The translations under genes and the position numbers were made by a program. The notes under the pieces are model-generated. The model was not told the DNA's origin, did not search any database, and saw only the letters and a list, made by a program, of their open reading frames with translations. 36,380 nt of DNA from contig CACYDX010000116.1 of assembly GCA_902773255.1 (NCBI GenBank), positions 1-36,380 of the forward strand, written 5' to 3'. This stretch comes from Oscillospiraceae bacterium (GTDB taxonomy: Bacteria; Bacillota; Clostridia; Oscillospirales; Oscillospiraceae). Positions 33,783 through 36,380 of the stretch are shown one piece after another (position 1 is the stretch's first letter; the number at the start of each line of letters is the position of its first letter).

Positions 33783-36364
33783 CCCTTTGCCTTTCTCTGC
33801 AGTTCAAAGAGCATGTTCATGGCCTCTATAGGGGTGAGCGTGTTCAGATCAGTTTCTCTGAGCATCTTTCCGATCTCATCGGTTCCCACATCCGCAAAGC
33901 TTATCTGCATGTCATTCTCATGCTCTCCCGAGAAAACAGGTCCGGCTCCGCTGCTCTCAAGCTCCTTAAGATAGCCCTTCGCCTTGCTGATTATGCCCTC
34001 GGGAAGTCCCGCAAGTTTGGCGACCTCTATTCCGTAACTGTCGTCCGCCGCCCCGCGGACGATCTTTCGGAGAAACACCAGCTTACCGCCCTGTTTTTTT
34101 GCGGTTATATTATAGTTCCTTACGCCGTTCAGTTCGCCTTCGAGGGCTGACAGTTCATGGTAATGAGTAGCAAACATGGTCTTTGCGCCAAGCTTGCGTT
34201 TGTCTGCGCAGTATTCGAGCACCGCACGGGCTATGGCCATTCCGTCGAATGTGCTGGTGCCGCGGCCTATCTCATCGAGTATGAGCAGAGAGGACGATGT
34301 CGCAAATTTCAGTATGTCAGCCATCTCCATCATCTCCACCATAAAGGTGGACTGTCCGGATGCGAGGTCATCCGAAGCGCCTATCCTAGTGAATACCCTG
34401 TCTACTATGCCTATGTTGGCGCTCTTTGCAGGCACGAATGAACCTATCTGAGCCATGAGCACGATAAGTGCAGTCTGCCGCATATACGTGGATTTACCGG
34501 CCATGTTCGGCCCTGTAATAATCGCAACGCGGTCGTCACTGTCGTTAAGATAGGTGCTGTTCGGAACGAAGAGCACATCCTTGAGCGTCTGTTCCACCAC
34601 AGGGTGCCGTCCGTCGGTTATTTCGATGGTCCCGGTCGTATCAACCTCGGGCATGGTATAGTTGTTTCTTGCGGCGACCTCTGCAAAGGAGCAGAATACA
34701 TCCAGTTTCGCCAGAGTGTCCGCCGTAGCCTGTATGCGTTCCACCTTTTCCGCGACCTGGCAGCGTATATCCGTGAAAAATCGGAATTCGATATCGTTTA
34801 TGCGCTCTCTTGCCGTGAGCAGAGTGTTTTCAAGCTCCTTGAGCTCCTGCGTAATGTATCTCTCATTCGAAACGAGAGTCTGCTTGCGGATGTAATCATC
34901 CGGTATACCCGCGTCTCCCGCAGAGCGCGGCACATCTATGTAGTAGCCGAATACTTTGTTATATCCGACCTTCAGCTTCTTTATTCCTGTCCTGTTCCGC
35001 TCGCGAAGCTCCAGCTCCGCCACCATCTTTGCGCCGTTGTCCCTGATGTTTCTAAGGTAATCGAGTTCCTCTGAATAACCCTCTCTTATGATGCCTCCCT
35101 CACGTACGGAGAAGGGAGGATCGTCGCAGATGGCGGTGTCTATGGTCTCCCGGATATCCTCTAGTGCATCCATCTGTGATATCTCACGAAGTTCCGCACA
35201 TCTGCTGCCTGCAAGGATGCTCTTTATCTCCGGCAGCATCGCAGCACAATCGGCTATTGCGCGAAGATCCCTGCCCCCCGCTGTGCCGTATACCGCTCTT
35301 CCCACGAGCCTTTGCAGATCGCTTATTGGCTTGAGGGCCACCCTGAGCTCGCCGCGCTTTACACTGTCGGCAAACAGTTCGTTCACGGCGGCGTGACGGC
35401 GGCGTATCTCCACAGCGGAGAGAAGCGGTCTTTCTATCCATGATCTGAGCAGTCTTCCGCCCATGGGAGTTTCCGTTTTGTCCAGCACCCAAAGCAGTGT
35501 ACCGCGTTTTTCCCGGCTCCTCAGTGACTCCGTCAGCTCCAGGTTGCGCCTCGTTGTCCAGTCCATCTCCATGTACCTGCCGCGGGATATTACATCCATG
35601 CGGCCGATATGACTGATGTCGAATTTCTGCGTCTCCTCTATATACGCAAGCAGCGCGCCTGCAGCACACACGGCGGCAGGGTTTTCTCCGAGACCGCAGC
35701 TGTCGATATCAGCATATCCGAACTGAGCACAGACCCTCGCTGCACAGCTCATGTAATCAAAGCGCTCAGCTCCTGTCTCCGGCATGGCATCCAGTTTCAT
35801 GGAAAGAAATTCCGATATCCCGGCATCCTGTTCCGCACCGGGAGAGAGAACAGCCTCTTTAGGTGTAAACCTTCCCAGTTCATTTATTATGTGGTTTGCC
35901 GGATCCTCCTGAAACGCGCAGCAGCAGAACTCTCCGGTGGAAATGTCGCAGAAAGCGGCACCTCCCCTGCTCACATCCAGGCAAACGGCACAGATATAGT
36001 TGCTGCGGGATTCCTCGAGCATGGAGCTTTCGGTAACAGTACCGGGAGTGATGATCCTTATTACGTCCCTTTTCACAAGACCCTTGGCAAGCGCCGGATC
36101 CTCAGTCTGCTCACAGATAGCCACCTTATAGCCTTTGGCTATGAGCTTTGCTATATAGCTCTCCGCAGCATGATACGGCACTCCGCACATGGGAGTGCGC
36201 TCCTCGGGATCCTCTATCCCGCGGTCTCTCGTGGTAAGGGCCAGATCGAGCTCCCGTGAGGCGATCTTCGCATCGTCGTTGAACATCTCGTAGAAATCGC
36301 CCAGCCGGAAAAAGAGCAGACAGTCTCTGTACTGCTCCTTTATCTCGTTATACTGCCTTTTCAT
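33779..36364 (-). CDS. mutS: DNA mismatch repair protein MutS
   Basis: 861 aa with N-terminal LFFRLGDFYEMF, Walker A GPNMAGKST and FATHYHEL motifs. Its stop overlaps the CPBP start as ATGA. Confidence 0.96.
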   Translation of the reverse strand: MKRQYNEIKEQYRDCLLFFRLGDFYEMFNDDAKIASRELDLALTTRDRGIEDPEERTPMCGVPYHAAESYIAKLIAKGYKVAICEQTEDPALAKGLVKRDVIRIITPGTVTESSMLEESRSNYICAVCLDVSRGGAAFCDISTGEFCCCAFQEDPANHIINELGRFTPKEAVLSPGAEQDAGISEFLSMKLDAMPETGAERFDYMSCAARVCAQFGYADIDSCGLGENPAAVCAAGALLAYIEETQKFDISHIGRMDVISRGRYMEMDWTTRRNLELTESLRSREKRGTLLWVLDKTETPMGGRLLRSWIERPLLSAVEIRRRHAAVNELFADSVKRGELRVALKPISDLQRLVGRAVYGTAGGRDLRAIADCAAMLPEIKSILAGSRCAELREISQMDALEDIRETIDTAICDDPPFSVREGGIIREGYSEELDYLRNIRDNGAKMVAELELRERNRTGIKKLKVGYNKVFGYYIDVPRSAGDAGIPDDYIRKQTLVSNERYITQELKELENTLLTARERINDIEFRFFTDIRCQVAEKVERIQATADTLAKLDVFCSFAEVAARNNYTMPEVDTTGTIEITDGRHPVVEQTLKDVLFVPNSTYLNDSDDRVAIITGPNMAGKSTYMRQTALIVLMAQIGSFVPAKSANIGIVDRVFTRIGASDDLASGQSTFMVEMMEMADILKFATSSSLLILDEIGRGTSTFDGMAIARAVLEYCADKRKLGAKTMFATHYHELSALEGELNGVRNYNITAKKQGGKLVFLRKIVRGAADDSYGIEVAKLAGLPEGIISKAKGYLKELESSGAGPVFSGEHENDMQISFADVGTDEIGKMLRETDLNTLTPIEAMNMLFELQRKAKG

Positions 36365-36380
36365 CGGTGTTAGTTCAGCC

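Noticed and set aside
1-36380. A scan for CRISPR arrays, tRNA/rRNA genes, IS elements or transposases, integrases, phage genes, and known defence or toxin-antitoxin modules.
   Set aside because: None was found. There are no regularly spaced direct repeats and no cloverleaf-like or rRNA-like segments in the short intergenic gaps. No ORF has transposase, recombinase or phage structural motifs. The only repeats are the 12-nt duplication at 8278-8301, the 14-bp inverted repeat at 26127-26171, the terminator stems, and the coding low-complexity tracts.

Overview
This window looks like an ordinary chromosomal segment of a Firmicutes/Clostridia-type genome. The taxon call is an inference from gene content: a glgC-glgD pair, a Cthe_2159-type beta-helix protein, a clostripain-like C11 peptidase and a membrane-anchored parvulin. 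I can support 30 protein-coding genes. They are packed tightly and most are housekeeping:
- Glycogen metabolism: glgC, glgD, glgP.
- Core functions: prs, pth, prfB, tcdA, tex, trmO, mutS.
- Transport: a DAACS symporter fragment, an amino-acid permease, a MATE exporter, and a CUT2-type sugar ABC system with a divergent LacI regulator.
- Cell-envelope proteins: a parvulin PPIase, a DUF4349 lipoprotein, a Cthe_2159 beta-helix protein and a C11 peptidase.

I saw no rRNA, tRNA, CRISPR array, transposase, integrase or prophage signature, and no intergenic gap exceeds about 245 nt. I do not see a clear new multi-gene system.

The observations most worth a second look are:
1. A MacroD-type macrodomain fused to an XRE-like HTH, followed by a cytoplasmic vWA/MIDAS protein whose Shine-Dalgarno sequence is buried in a 12-bp hairpin.
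2. A membrane-anchored C11 peptidase flanked by two long Ser/Gly/Tyr low-complexity tracts and carrying an unassigned C-terminal domain.
3. A perfect 14-bp inverted repeat in the lacI/ABC divergent region, with each arm carrying an outward-facing TTTACA.
4. A prfB gene without the usual programmed +1 frameshift.
5. ATGA-overlap coupling of mutS, a CPBP protease and trmO.

All promoter, terminator and domain calls were made by eye from motifs. No searches or computations were run.
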